This document shows, one piece after another, positions 27,582 through 41,598 of a stretch of 64,000 nucleotides of DNA. Source of the DNA: Adineta vaga. Lineage: Eukaryota > Animalia > Rotifera. A model generated the notes under the pieces. It was not told the DNA's origin. It did no database searches and saw nothing but the letters and a program-made list of their open reading frames with translations. Each line of letters begins with the position of its first letter. Within the stretch, counting starts at the first letter, position 1. Location of the stretch: assembly GCA_021613535.1 (NCBI GenBank), contig CP075495.1, positions 12,214,001-12,278,000 on the forward strand, read 5' to 3'. Position numbers and translations under genes: made by a program.

Positions 27582-30500
27582 TTAGATTTTTTTGTTGCTT
27601 TGGATATCACCTTCGAATAAATCTCGCATATCTTTCATCGCTTGACAAATACGTTGACCAAATCGTTTGGAATCCTAATAAAGAATGAAATGAATAAATA
27701 ACAATGATGATTTCGAATATATTTCTACCGTTTCAGGTGAAGATTTATTGGATGAAATATGGAAAAAGATTAAATTTTCCGATGCAATAACATAACTGAC
27801 ACCATATCCATCAGCTGCGACCTATTGAACAAAGTAAATATACGATATACAAAGATTCTATTCCACATTATATAATCAACAGTTAGTAGCAAGAATTACT
27901 TACAGATCAACAACCACTATCAACTAGAAACGAATTTTTTTACTTCTATATGTTTTCATAGGAAATGCATGTGTGTGTAAGTTAGTAGAGTGAATAGAAC
28001 AAAACAACATATTATTAGTAAATATATAGTAGAAACATGCAACAACAAAAACAAGAACAACTAATTTAGAAACATTGATGATGCTCACAGGTCCAAAACC
28101 GCCGCCACACGGAGATAGATTTCGTTTTTCATCGATACCATATTTTTTCACAAGATCTGGATTTTCTACCATTAAACGTTTTAAATGTTTTTCATCATAA
28201 GTAGCGGCTGTCTAAATAAGAAAGATAAATTTCTCTTTATCTTTTTCGACAGGAAAGAATAATTTACTTGGCTGGTGGATAATTTCCAAGGTTCATGAAG
28301 TACTCGTTGAAGGAATGGTGATTCCATATTGAAATATTTTGATAAAACATATAAACAAAATAAATGCCGATCAATACCTTTGCCAGTCATAGCATCACGA
28401 TATTGTTGTTGATGATAGTCACAAGCGAGACGAAGTAATTGAATACGTTCGGTTTTCTTGTTAGAAGAAAACAAAAAAAAGTCATTTTTGAAGTCTCATG
28501 CCGACTATCTTACAGATATATTTGAATCTTCCATTGATTTCACCCATTGACGTGATTCGATGGAACACGAACGAACAGTTTCAGTTCGACCATCACGAAA
28601 CAAACGTGTCATTGATGCTTCATATGTTAAATTAAATCGACCAGAATCCTATAAATATCAGTACATTAAAACCTGATAGAGTAAAAAAACAGCATTTCAT
28701 TCATTTACTCGATAATGAGCTAATTGAAGTGCCATTTGAATATACGCATCTGGTGATAGTTTACATTTTTTCATAAAACCTTTGCCATAAATATCTTGAA
28801 TGTATACATGAAGATCAACATCATTGTACAATTTTGTCGCTTGAGCAAGACTTTTCTCAATCAGTTCATTGCACTAGAAGTTGAAATTTCGATATATATA
28901 TAATGAATAACTAGAAATAAACAAGATAACGAACATTTTCTGAGATTGCCCATTTGAGTTTTATTGGTTTAAGTGCCGTGAAACGAGGTACACCACGTGT
29001 GTTGCCAATATCATCATAGCTAGAAGTGTGCATTCGATTTAGATTCTTCTTTTTCTTTACCAGATAAAACATACCCTAAATGCGCAATATCTTCTTTAAG
29101 TACATATTCAACCATATGGCCAGAAACGGGAGCATCCGCCTTCAATAAAAGAAAAGAAGACATTCTCATCTTGCTCAAAAGTAACTAATTATCTTTCATA
29201 CCCAACTATGTTCAACATTAATTCCAGCCTAGAAAAAAAGTATATAAACAAATTTGATTTTATTCATCATTGTGACATACCACAGCATCTTTACTAATAA
29301 TGAAATTGAATGATTTATCAAACCAACGATTATAGCCTTTGCCATGGAGACTAGAACGTGCATACGCATCAAAAACTTCGGACTTTTTCTAAAATCATAA
29401 CCATTAATTATCAAAGAATACTAGCAACACAATCAATATCAAATGACAATACCTTATCATTTATAACCGATGATTCAGCATCTAACTAAAATATTACACG
29501 AGAAAAAAAATATTTTTTTAAAGTCAAGTAGCTAAAGAAGATTTTACTTACTGTGCCTATATCATATTCTTCATCGTCTAAAACGAGTATAAACGCTGCT
29601 CTTTCAATAACTTCTAATGAAGCACGATTAACACCCGATGAGAAATATTTTTCACGAGCTTCAGCCCATAATGGTCGTTCACCAGCAGTCAATGCTGCTA
29701 AATGTTCTTCTCCATAAGCAGGTTCGACAGAATCTCGAAGAATTTCATCAAATTGTCTATAAAAAGAGAATGTAAATAAATATCTTAAAAATAGCAAATG
29801 AAATAATTCAATTTACATTTGAAGTTCACTTGGTTGTAATAATTGTCCTTCATAGAACACATATACTTTAAACCAACGACCTTTATGATAAACAGCAATA
29901 TGATGACTATCGGAATAATGAACAATTGTATCTAATAAGACAAAACATTCAATGACACTAATAAATTAAGAACAGGGAATAGAATGAAATATACCTGCTT
30001 CTTTGCCAGGCATTCGTAGAGTATTATATTGACGTTCATATTGACTTGAACAAAGTGGAATCATGTTTTGTACCATTAACTAAAAGAAAACGAAGAACCA
30101 TTTCGAAGAAAAGAAAAATTTGATTTTGATAACATACTGGTGAAATATCTTCGTGATCAAGACGAACACGATACTGCATTGTAGCTCGGACTATATTAGC
30201 TGCACGAGCACTTTGAATAGTTGTTGGTCGAATATAAGCAGAATCCTTTTCAAAAATTCAAATATGTTACTTATTATCAGTCGATTTAGTATACATACAA
30301 GGCCATAGAAATTGCTATTGACCATAATTGGTGATCGACCACGTAAATAGACGAACTTTTCCCACCAATCAGATACCTAAAATTCAAAATCATCATCAAT
30401 ATTTGTTTTTCTCTTACAAAAAACATGTATCTACATAGTTTGATGAAACAAGCCATTTTAACCACAAATATCTTTGTAATTTTCTTCCAATCGTTCGTTT

Positions 30501-31187
30501 AAATTCTTCGGCTAAGATTTCCATTTGATGATATTCTGTATCATCATATAAGGGTCGAACAGTTCTCAAATATCGTCTTAATGTATCATCTAAACTTGGT
30601 AATGGTAAATGTGGTAAAACACTTTGATATGAATATAATGATGGATTTCGACCAATAAATAGTTTAACTAATCCACCCCAAATTTTTGGTCCTAATCCAA
30701 CAGGTTTACCGTGTTCTTGATACATCCAACCATGATAGGAAAATAAAGATTTTAATATCGATTGTCGAATTTGTATTAAAACAAAGTATGTGCCCGTACC
30801 AAAGACAATGCATGCAAGAATTTGTGAATTACGTGTTGTAAAATATCGTCGAAATATATGAGTATCAATCCAATCAATAATATGATATGATGGATCATGA
30901 CCTTTTGTATAAAGTGTATAAATTAGTCCACACCAAGCTACGCCACGAAGTGGATGACCTGGATAAATTGTATTATGGAATGAATTTAACGTACGACGAC
31001 AACGGCGTCTCCATGAACGAAAACCCGAATAGATCAAAGCTTTGAATACGTCATAGCGTAAATTAACACTAACACCTGAAATAAATAAACAATTAGTATG
31101 AATGAATGCTTTTCTTTTTCAGACAAAATATTTACCTTCAGCACCGACAGTAAATTGAAATGCGACAGCTTCATGTGCTTCAGCCAT
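27582..31187 (-). CDS. CPT1: Carnitine O-palmitoyltransferase 1
   Basis: N-terminus [30 protein letters not shown], catalytic [40 protein letters not shown]. The exons I checked splice in frame. Confidence 0.96.
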
Positions 31188-31932
31188 GAGAAATAAGTTT
31201 TTTATGTATCGTCGATAATATTTTTATATCGAACGATTACATAAAACAAATCTAAAGTTAAAATATCGATTTAAAATCATGTACTTTGAACTATAAAATA
31301 GACATAGACCACATTTATATGTATTTTGGTCAGACGTTCGTATACACTTTTAAATAGAAAGACAGAACGAAGAAAAGAGAAAAAGACGCACAGCGAGTAA
31401 AGAATGGAATTCAATAAGCGTAGCGATGTGTCAAAGCATACTATTGGCCACAGCTCAACAAATTAGGAAAAAAGGTTCAAGTTTTAGTCTGAAGAAAAAA
31501 AGAGAGAGAGAGAAAGAAGGTCATGTTCTTTCTTTTTCTTATGGTATATGGTGACAGTAAGAGGAAAAAATCTGCACATAATCGCGTTTTTTTCATCGAG
31601 ATATAATCACGAAAGGCTTTCACAATTTAACTACGTTTGAGAGAGGGAGAGAAAACTTCCGAATAAGCATGTGTTTTTTTTCTTTCTTATATTTTATGGA
31701 TTTGTTGTTCACTTCAAAAATTAAAAAGCATAATTTAACGATATACCTTCTCTATAATAAATATACTTCATAACAAATAGATTATTACATGAGAGAAGAC
31801 TAAAAATGAATAAAATAATTAAGGATACGGAGAAAAAAACGATAATATGTGTATGTATATATTGATAGAAACAACAAAAGATTGCATCAATGCTTATATA
31901 GTTTTTTTTTCTCTTTTCTTTATTTTCGCGCA

Positions 31933-33476
31933 TTATGAGAGTTTGGGATATTGTTGAGTAGGATTGAAATAATTAGTTTGAGGTTGAAAACCACCATATG
32001 GTTGTTTAGATGCTAATGGTGGTGGAGTAGGCATTGATGTCGGTTGTATGAATGATGGATTAATTGTTGCTGGGGATGAACTTGATGGTGGTGGTGCTTG
32101 AGGTTGTTGACCAAAGCTATTATTTGTATTCATGTTATTAATTGGATTAAAAGTTGGTGGTCCGGGTCTTTGTTGAAGTAATGCTTGTTGTTGACCATAA
32201 AAACCACCTTGTTGAGAGGGTGGTGCTAAAGGATTTTGCTGTTGCTGACCAATAAATGTTGACGTCTGACCAAGATTAGATGATGATGGTGGTGGTGGTG
32301 GTGCGGATGAATTATTGAATGCCGATGGTGGTGCAGATGAATTATTGAAAGCTGATGGTGGTGCGGATGAATTATTGAATGCCGATGGTGGTGCAGATGA
32401 ATTATTGAAAGCTGATGGAAGTGCTGATGAAGGATTAAAAGCTGATGATGCATTGGTACCTTGTAATGTTGATGGTGGATATGGTGAAATAAATTGTTGA
32501 GTATTAGCATTAGGTGGCAGAGGAGGCATTCCAGGATATGATCCAGGTGGAGCACCAAACGGTGATGTTTTTCCTTGTTGATCACCGTAAGGTGTTGGCA
32601 TTTGTTGAAAATTTGTTGCTGATGTTCTATTTGCATCGACATGTTCTGGTGGTTGATATTGATTTTGAGTTTCAACTATTAAAAAGAATAACAAAACCGA
32701 CGTTTATGATAGTTTTTATTGCGAAAAACAAAGACTACCTGGTGGTGCAGATGATATTGTTTGAAATGATTTCTGTTCATTATTATTGATTTTATTTGAT
32801 GTTGATGATTTCGATCGAATACTATCGGGAGTTGTTGAACGTTGTGTTTGTTGTAAATGTTTATATGGATCGAATTCACGTGTTGTACTTGATACAACGG
32901 CAGGCGTCGGAATGTTTGCTGTTGTTGTATCTTTTTCTTGATTATTTGTTACTGTTGTTTGACTTGTAGATAATTGAAGGCGATCAAGAATTGTTTGTAC
33001 TGAATTTCGAATTTGTTGTAATTCAGTTCGAAATATTTTCGTATCAATTAAATTTCCTTCTTGTTGAGAATTTTCTTTTGAATTCGTATTAATTTGTTCA
33101 TTTCCATTGACTAAGACAAAAACACGAAGAATTTTATGAAAATGTAATGCCACTGTAAGATCACTATCATTTAATAATGTTATTTTATCACCATCATCAT
33201 CTAAATATTTTATAGTTAATTCATCAGAATTCGAAATCTTTCCAGCAAAAATACGTTCCATCATGAGCACAAGTTCTAAATGAAAAAAAAAAGAAGGATA
33301 ACATTATCTTTTCAATAGAAATCATATATAATTACTATACCATTTAATGTTAAATCTTCATTATGAATCATCATTTTTCGAATATCATCACCTAATTGTG
33401 CTTTAATGATTAATTGACCAGAAAGTTTATCACTGCTTGTAGCAGTTGGTGGTGGAGTGGTTGTTGAACCGTTCAT
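31933..33476 (-). CDS. TFG: TRK-fused gene protein
   Basis: PB1 domain ([13 protein letters not shown]...[19 protein letters not shown]), short coiled coil ([16 protein letters not shown]), REFDP motif, P/Q-rich tail; 3 exons. Confidence 0.92.
32293..32452. repeat. 30-bp coding minisatellite in TFG ([10 protein letters not shown] x ~5)
   Basis: Tandem unit gatggtggtgc(g/a)gatgaattattgaa(tgcc/agct), with alternating variants forming a 60-bp higher-order repeat. Confidence 0.9.
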
Positions 33477-34055
33477 TATCGAACTAATATAACTCAGATG
33501 TGAAAACAAAGGATGAATATGATATCTAATTCACGTAGTCGAAAAAAATGAATAACTGATTTATTTACTTTATTATAAACGACTAACGCTGACAGTGGCC
33601 ACGTTGATATTGGACTGAATATGGATAGGCTTTCAAAAGACCAATATATATTCATGTCATTCATTGTATCAGTTTTTGAAATAGAACAATCACTTAAAAA
33701 TCATTGTTTTCATAAAATTAATCAAAATGTAAGTCAAATAATAAATCTTCATTTCATTTTCAATAGATGTCTCACGTTTTCGGCGCATGAATCTATTTCC
33801 ATATATTACAAGAACAGGATCGTTTTCTTTTCAAACTTAGAATATCAATGTATTTTCATATTTTTATTGCATAAAAAAAAGACATAAATTTATCAATAAA
33901 TAGGTACTATTATCTTTTAAAAGCTCTTTTCTTTTTCATCCATGACAATAATGACTAAATCAAGAAGAAGAAGAAGAAAAGGAAATCATCAATATAAAAA
34001 ATTACAAAGTTAAAATTTGAAATGAAATCGATCACATTTGAAAGAAGAAAATCAC

Positions 34056-37000
34056 TTATGCCACTCGAATTGTATCCAAAAGATAAGGTGAATCAATTGA
34101 TGTAAATAAATTTGAATAATTATTATCATATGAAATTAATAATTGCTGAAGATTAAGAAGAATACTTGCATCTACTGCATACGAAAGAATTACTTGAAAA
34201 TGTTTTATTACAATTGTATTAAAATTCTTTTTTGATAAATTATTTCCAATACTTAAGAGAAATTTATCATCAATAGATATTAAGTGTTGAAATTCTTCCC
34301 AATATTTCATTGCATTAGATGTTTTATTACAAATAAATTGTTCGATTAAACATAATGACCATAATGTATGTTCATGATAAGCATCAGCAAGAATGAATGC
34401 ATGCCAACAACGTTCTAAACGTGGTAATAAATCACGTATTTGTTTGGCATTTAAATTTAGGAGAATTAACGGTGGTTGTAATTGCATATATTCAAGTTGT
34501 AAAGAAATTAATCGTGCTTGTTTTAAACATTTTTCACTTTGTCGACAACAACCAGCTAAATAGAATGTATCGGCAGCATCCGAATAATATTGAAGTAAAC
34601 TTTGTAATGTCACTGACATATCTGCAGATGATGATTGAGGATTAAATTGAAATGTTTTCAATAATTTTTCACCTGCATCACGATACATAATGGCTAATTC
34701 ATGATGCATATTCAAATTTATTGATATCGATGTAAACGTATGTTCATCATTTGGATGATGTCGTTTAATATAATCAAATAATGCTGTATTCAAACGTTCA
34801 TCATGTTGATTACTTATTGTTGATAATAATAAATCAAATTGATCGGATTGAAATAACATATCAAAGATATAGACCATTTCGGAATATTGTTCTAAACCCA
34901 TTAGTAAACGAATAAGTAATGTATAACCATTTAATTTATCAAGTAATGCAGCAAGATGACGGGCATGATCAAGAACTAAACAGATACCTTCCATGTGAAA
35001 TGAACTGATAAAACATGTATGAGCATAGATAAGTAATTCAATACGAAGACGAAGTAATGGTGAAGTAATATCTATGAAATTAAAAACAAAATAGTTTAAG
35101 AAGTTATTAATATGTATGAAAAGTAGATTTACCTCCAGAATCAGATTCTTCAAATTGATCTTCATAGAGTTTTGATCGATCAACCAGTTGTTTGCCAATT
35201 GCATCATAATTTTTGTCATATAATAGTGATATAAATTGTTTATATGATTCAATATTATTTGGATCAAATGGCCAACAATGATAATCATCAGTTGGATCAT
35301 TTTTTTGACAACGTTCTAATGTTCGATCTGTTTGTTCAACAAGTAATTCAACTAATTGTTCATTTGCTAATCGTAATTGTTTAGAAAAATTTTCAGCTAA
35401 TTTAATTTTAGTTGGAAATGACGATGATGGATATGAGAGAAGACGATTTAATAGATCCCATTGATCATTATGTGTATTAGAATGTAATAAATGACATGAA
35501 TCAATACGAAATAATCGACTTATTTTAAACAATGTATTAAGAATTGATATTAAACGATCATCATTCGATGTTTGTGAGAGAAGACGATCGATTAATTTTT
35601 GTTTTTGATCATCAATTGTATTCGATTGTTCATCATTTGTTAATGTTGTTGTTGCTGTCGTTATTGTTGTTCGTAAAACATTTGTTAAACGTTTTTTATT
35701 AAATGAACTACCAAGATTTCCTTGTGGAAGTTGCTCAAAACGTGTGCGAATTTCCGAAGGTGGTAATATATTGAAATATAAACGATGTGCATATGAAAAG
35801 ACAGTTAAATTGAAAGATATAACACGATATTTACGAGCCAATTGCAAAGCAAGTTCAGGTGAGGCACGCTGAAGAAATGCATCTTCAATATTTGTTACAC
35901 ATAGACGAATATCTTTTTCAGATAGATGATGTAAATTGATTAAATCACCACTTGATAAAGATCCTGATGAACGGCGACTAAATGCAGTATTGAATGAAGG
36001 TAATTGTGAAGATGAAGATGCGCGACTCGATGGACGACGATATAGCTGTGTATTTGTACTTTTATCTGAGGAAAAAAAATACATTTGATTTATTCTTATA
36101 CAGATTTTTAAAGTTGATATTACCTATAGAGACAGATGATACAATGGTATCCGTCGAAGTCAAAGGTTTCGATGGAAGATAAACATTTTTTAACATAGCT
36201 GCTTCGAATGCATTTTCCGCAATGATCGTTGTTTCTTTGAATTCTTCAACAGGTTGATCTTCAATTTCATTCTCATCAAATATACGAATATAGTCATCAA
36301 AATCAATAGGAATTAATTTTTCTTTTACTATTTGATCTAATATTGAACTTGAAAATAAATTTACCATATAATCAAGAATTATATTAACAATAGGTCGATT
36401 TTGATATTCATGAATAAAACTAATTAAAATAGTCCATAATTTATCGAGAATTGTTTGTGATTGTCCATTTGGTATCGATGATGAATCATACGGTTCAGGT
36501 AAGTTTTGTGCTTGATTAGCAAAGATCAAAAGCAATAAACGAACTAATTTCGATGATGTTGAACGAATTGATAAGAGAAAATCTCCGTAGAGTAATGGTT
36601 TTTTTAAACGTTTTAAAACATCTTGATGACCTTGACAAATAGTATCGAATGCATCATGTAGTTCTTTATCATCTGTATCAAAATTATGTTTATATTCATC
36701 GAATGAACATTTAAAACGTTCAAATAAGGTCATATCAATTTCAATATCAACACAATTAACAATTTCATCAACTAAATCAAATCGATCATGTTTTATTAAT
36801 TGTTCAATAAATGGCATTATCGAACGATGACAACGATCTGTATACATTAGTAATGACCAATCAAATGGAACTGGTGAAGGTTGTTCATCAAGTAAGGAAA
36901 ATAATGGTTCGAAACGATGATAGAATTCATTACGTTCACCAAGTAAATGAAAAATTGAACGAATATCTGTATGTGATGAAACTTGACGAAAAACACATAA

Positions 37001-39779
37001 TAATAATTGAGTTGTTAATTGTGAAAACCATGTTGATGATTGGCCAAGACCAATTGTTGTTTGTGGTATTGTAAGAAATGTTGGAATAGGTTGTTCATTC
37101 ATATCAATGCAAGCATGACAAAAACGAACTAAGGATTCTAATCGACTTTCAGGTGCAAAAATATGTGTAGCAAGACCAAGAACTGTCCAATGGCCAAGAC
37201 TAGCAATATGACAAAGAAGACGACTTGTTAAACTAGCAAAATCTGATGTTACAGGAAATAGATGAGGATATTTTGGATTTAATGATTGAAGAAAAAGAAC
37301 AAATGCATCGATTGATGAAACATGTGGAAGTGTACTATAGAGAACAGCAAGTAATGGACGAGAACATTGTTGTGCACCTTGTAGAAATCGTAATTTCAAT
37401 TGTTCTGATGACAATGTTTGATCCGTTAGTAAAGCAAAAATATCTTGTTTAAGTAATGGTGTATGATTTTGTTTAACTAATCGTTTAAAGCAACATTTAA
37501 AATGTTCAAATAACATATTATGTTGTTGTACTAATGATAAACATGATATAATATCATCCACACTATAATGAAATAATTGTGCTATAAATAACATTTCAAA
37601 CCAACGAGAACTATTTGCATAGTATGTTAATAATGTTGGTATATGTTGTATTGAATATGTTTGAGAAAAAAGATTAAATAAAACTAATTGTTTAAATGAA
37701 TTCAATGAATTTAAATTTGTTTTTGATAATAATAATTTCAATGATATCGATGTTAAATCTTCTTGTATAGTTGTTTTTAATATTTTCATTAATGAAACAT
37801 ATAAACGTATGGAAAATGTATCTTCATTACATATATCGAATAAAATAATTGCTGAAAGATAATGTTTTAAATTCGTTTGACATGAAACAAGAAGAAAATG
37901 TTTTAAACGATTCAAACGTCGATCGATTAATGTTGAAGAATTTTGTTGATTTTGTTCTTGATCATCAATGGATGATGCAAGAAAATGTGCGAAAGATGTT
38001 AATGGACGATGTTGACCAAATAAATAACGATAATCAATCGATTGTTGTTGATCATTTGTATTATTATTATTATTATCATTTAATGATGAAAAACAATCAT
38101 GTAAATTAGTTAAATCTTCATTTGCACGAAATATGTTTCCTTCTTGCCATGTAAAACATCGAGATAGATCTAATTGACAAAATCGATCAAGTAAATGATA
38201 GATACTTATATCGAATGGATCAATTTTTGAAGATTTAAATAATAATCGTAGTGCCGGATATTTTAAAATCAAAGTTGAATCAATTTCATCACTAGGAATT
38301 CTTGTACCTAGACGAACAAGTCGAACTAATGGATCTAATGGAAGAGTTGAATCAAAGGAATTTTCTAAAACATAATCACAAGGTTTTGAACGTAACCATC
38401 GACACCATTGTTCATCATTATCATTAACAATTGTATTTTCATCATTAATTGAATAATAAATATAAGCTGAATAGATTCGATAAAGTTTACTTTGATTTAA
38501 TATTGATGAATCATCAATATGATCATGTGAAATACAATGCCAAAAGTATGTATCACTCGTATTTGAAGGTATCCAATGAGTAAAACGAACAAATGACCAT
38601 TGAAGAGATGGAATTAATTGTGACCAAATTAGTTCAAAGTTTTTTATTGATTCAATAGAATTTAATTGTTCAAGTAGAGTTAAAGATTGACGAGAAGAAG
38701 CATAGAGATCAGCAAGTTCCAGTTTGGATAGTAATTCCTCATCTAAATGAGAAGAAAAATGAACTAAATAGTGAAGAAGATAAAAGAATACCTTTGATAG
38801 AAAATAAAGGTTGTTCATTGAGTAAATGTCTTCCTTCCGTTTTTAATAACCATTGTTGTTTTTCTCCATCATTTTCATTGATAATCGCCCGTATCCAATC
38901 GAATGTAACTTGCATATATGCAATACCTTTTGCTGATGTGATGATTTGTGATGTTTGTTTTTTATTTGATACAATATCTTCACATTGAAATTTAGTTATT
39001 GTTGATGTTAAAGGAAAAATTCGATTCCAATATTCAATGGATTGTTTTTTATTTTCAACTAAATCAAAAACAGTTTCACTTGTATAAATTTGTTTCAATT
39101 GATTTATCACACTTAATGTATTTCCTTCTTGATTATTGATGAAGAATTCATCACCAAAATCATTTAAATATTGTGCACAAAAGATTCGTAATTGATGATA
39201 AGGAGTTGTTGACATAATACGAAAAATAATATCTAATGGTGCTAAACCAAGACTAAATACAATTTTGATCGATGTTTTACTATCACGATCAGCTAAATTT
39301 TGTACACATGTATTTAAAGCAGCATGAAATAATTCATCAAGTGTAATTTTTTGATCACTTGCAAGAGCTGATTGTGGTGAATTATTGAATAAACAATGAA
39401 GCATGAAATCTTCACGTTTTAAACGTTGTTGAGAACGTTTCCATTGATTTAATTCACTTTGTGTTAAGATTTGTTGTTGTTGAAAGCTTTTTAACATATG
39501 TTGTAGTTGTTTTATAGGTTCTAATTGTAATGAACTGAATTTATTGATAAAATGTTCATGTAAATGAAAGGACAGTTGTCGAGTTTGAAGAAAACTTTCA
39601 ATCGGTTGATTACTATGAGTAAGAGAAAATAAATGATCATTTAAGCAATGAAATAACCAACGATATAAGATAGGTAATTGTGTTTGATCAACTGAATCAA
39701 ATAATGCTGCTAAACTTTGTTTAGTAAATGGTCGTTTGGATATCAAAGCAGCTTGAAATTGAGACTTAGCAAAATCCAT
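34056..39779 (-). CDS. SPG11: Spatacsin (SPG11) homolog, 4 long exons
   Basis: C-terminal spatacsin block [11 protein letters not shown]...MEGI...[32 protein letters not shown]...LFDYIKR; also [13 protein letters not shown]...EHFK. ORFs are joined by three short GT-AG introns. Confidence 0.88.
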
Positions 39780-41401
39780 GATAAAACTACTTTACTCGAA
39801 CACTTCAATCTTCAAGATATGATGAAAACTAACTGATATATGATGAGAATTGAGAAGAAATTTGACTGATTCATTTTCGCTTTCAGCTATAGACCAATTG
39901 GAATTCAGATAAAGATAGAAGTCGCGCAAAAACATGCACAAACATCATGTACAGTAAGATTAGAATTTTATTTTGAAATATAACCCGGAATTGAATGAAG
40001 TATGTCTTATAGAGAGCAAGTTTTTGAAAACATAGTTATTTGATGGGAAAACATCGATGAAAGCAAACATAAAGTAATAAAATCAATGCTAATGAGCATG
40101 AAAGGATTTAATCTACTTTTCCTCTTTCTCTATCTATTATTTTGAATAAGTAAAATTATAACCAACTCGAACACATATTCAGGTATGCATGGTGATTGTT
40201 TTAATCGACTTTATATATACTGATAGTCATTTTTGTCTACTAGTACTACTGATCAAGAGCTTTTTACCACGTCAGTTACAGGCAAGGAGATAGTGCTAAA
40301 ATGTATTTAATTGATGAAGAGTACATATCAATTGAAAACAATTGCAGAAAAAAAGATTAGCACTGTATATAATGGTCTGTTAGGTGAATCAAGCATAATC
40401 AAAATGTAAAGAATCTTCGTTGATCCTATTATACGGATTTTTTTCACATCTTATCCATTATCAAAAATGGAAAAACAATGAAAAATTATAAATAAATATT
40501 CAGTTCATAATCTTCTTTCTCTCAAGTAATAATTTCAATAAACTCTTTTGTCTACAGACTTGGTTTAAATGTAAATCTTATGTATGTATGTTTATCTTTT
40601 TTCTATCGGTGTCTTTCGTCTATATGAATTCGGAAAAACAACAGCAAAATGAGACATTATGCTTTGGTAACTAACTTCACAAAACAGAGCCGTTTATATT
40701 CTGTTTTCTGAATGCAAACCATGGCAAAACAGTATCTTTACGGTCGTAGATGAACTGTATCGTTTGAGCTAGATAGTACGTCTTGGTTTTTCTTTCTTTT
40801 CTCAAATAATTTTTCTAGAATTTTTTTTCTTGTATAACACATATTTTTGTTGTTTCAACAAAAGAGAAAAAAAATACCTTAAATCGACACACATATCAAA
40901 TTGAAATTGTTTCGATAAGAAAAAAGAATGTTGTTTAAGAAAAATTGTACTATAAATATGATGAAATATGAAATTGATATTTGGTAAAATTGGGAGCAAT
41001 GTGAAGGAAGTTGGAAAAATAGTAGAAGAGATAGTCAATGAAGGAATATTGTATTATGCGAATGACCTTCTGCATTCTCCCTATCGTGATCGCTACAATG
41101 TTGCGTCCAATCTCTAATTTTATCTTCATGAAATGAGAAAGATTTTGAAACGTTGATATTTAATGATTTTTATCAAATGATTTCTTTCAACATAACGTGT
41201 TATATTAATGATGTCCCTTCTTTTTTTTCAATAAGTAAAAATTTCTGCATGGATAATGTTCCATGTGTCGTATTCTCACTAAATACAAAGCGAGAAAACT
41301 GAGAATTTTAAAAAAAAATTTCAAGAAGAAAACAAGAAATCTACATAGAAATATATAATGTATGTTGAAATGAGAAAAGAATAGTTTTAACTTAACAATA
41401 G

Positions 41402-41402
41402 A

Positions 41403-41437
<35 letters not shown>

Positions 41438-41445
41438 CAGACAGA
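41402..41445. repeat. (GA)n/(GAGACA)n microsatellite
   Basis: agagagagagagagacagagacagagacagagagacagacag, read directly from the sequence. Confidence 0.85.
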
Positions 41446-41598
41446 TAGAAAAAAGAATTGTTTTTCTGCAAGAAAATGTTTGTTTTTCAGATTTTCTAAG
41501 AAAAATAAACATATCTGACTCAATTCTGTCAATGATGGTCTTCAACAAGTTGATACTGTTCAGAAAATAAAACAAAGAAAATAAAATGAGTTCGGAAA

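Noticed and set aside
32293-32452. Regular repeats as a CRISPR array
   Set aside because: There are no unique spacers, the context is eukaryotic coding sequence, and no cas genes are present.
32226-32789. His-rich and ADGGADELL-repeat ORFs
   Set aside because: They are alternate-frame and antisense shadows of the TFG minisatellite.
34397-38988. Plus-strand ORFs opposite SPG11
   Set aside because: They are short antisense shadows with no recognisable motifs.
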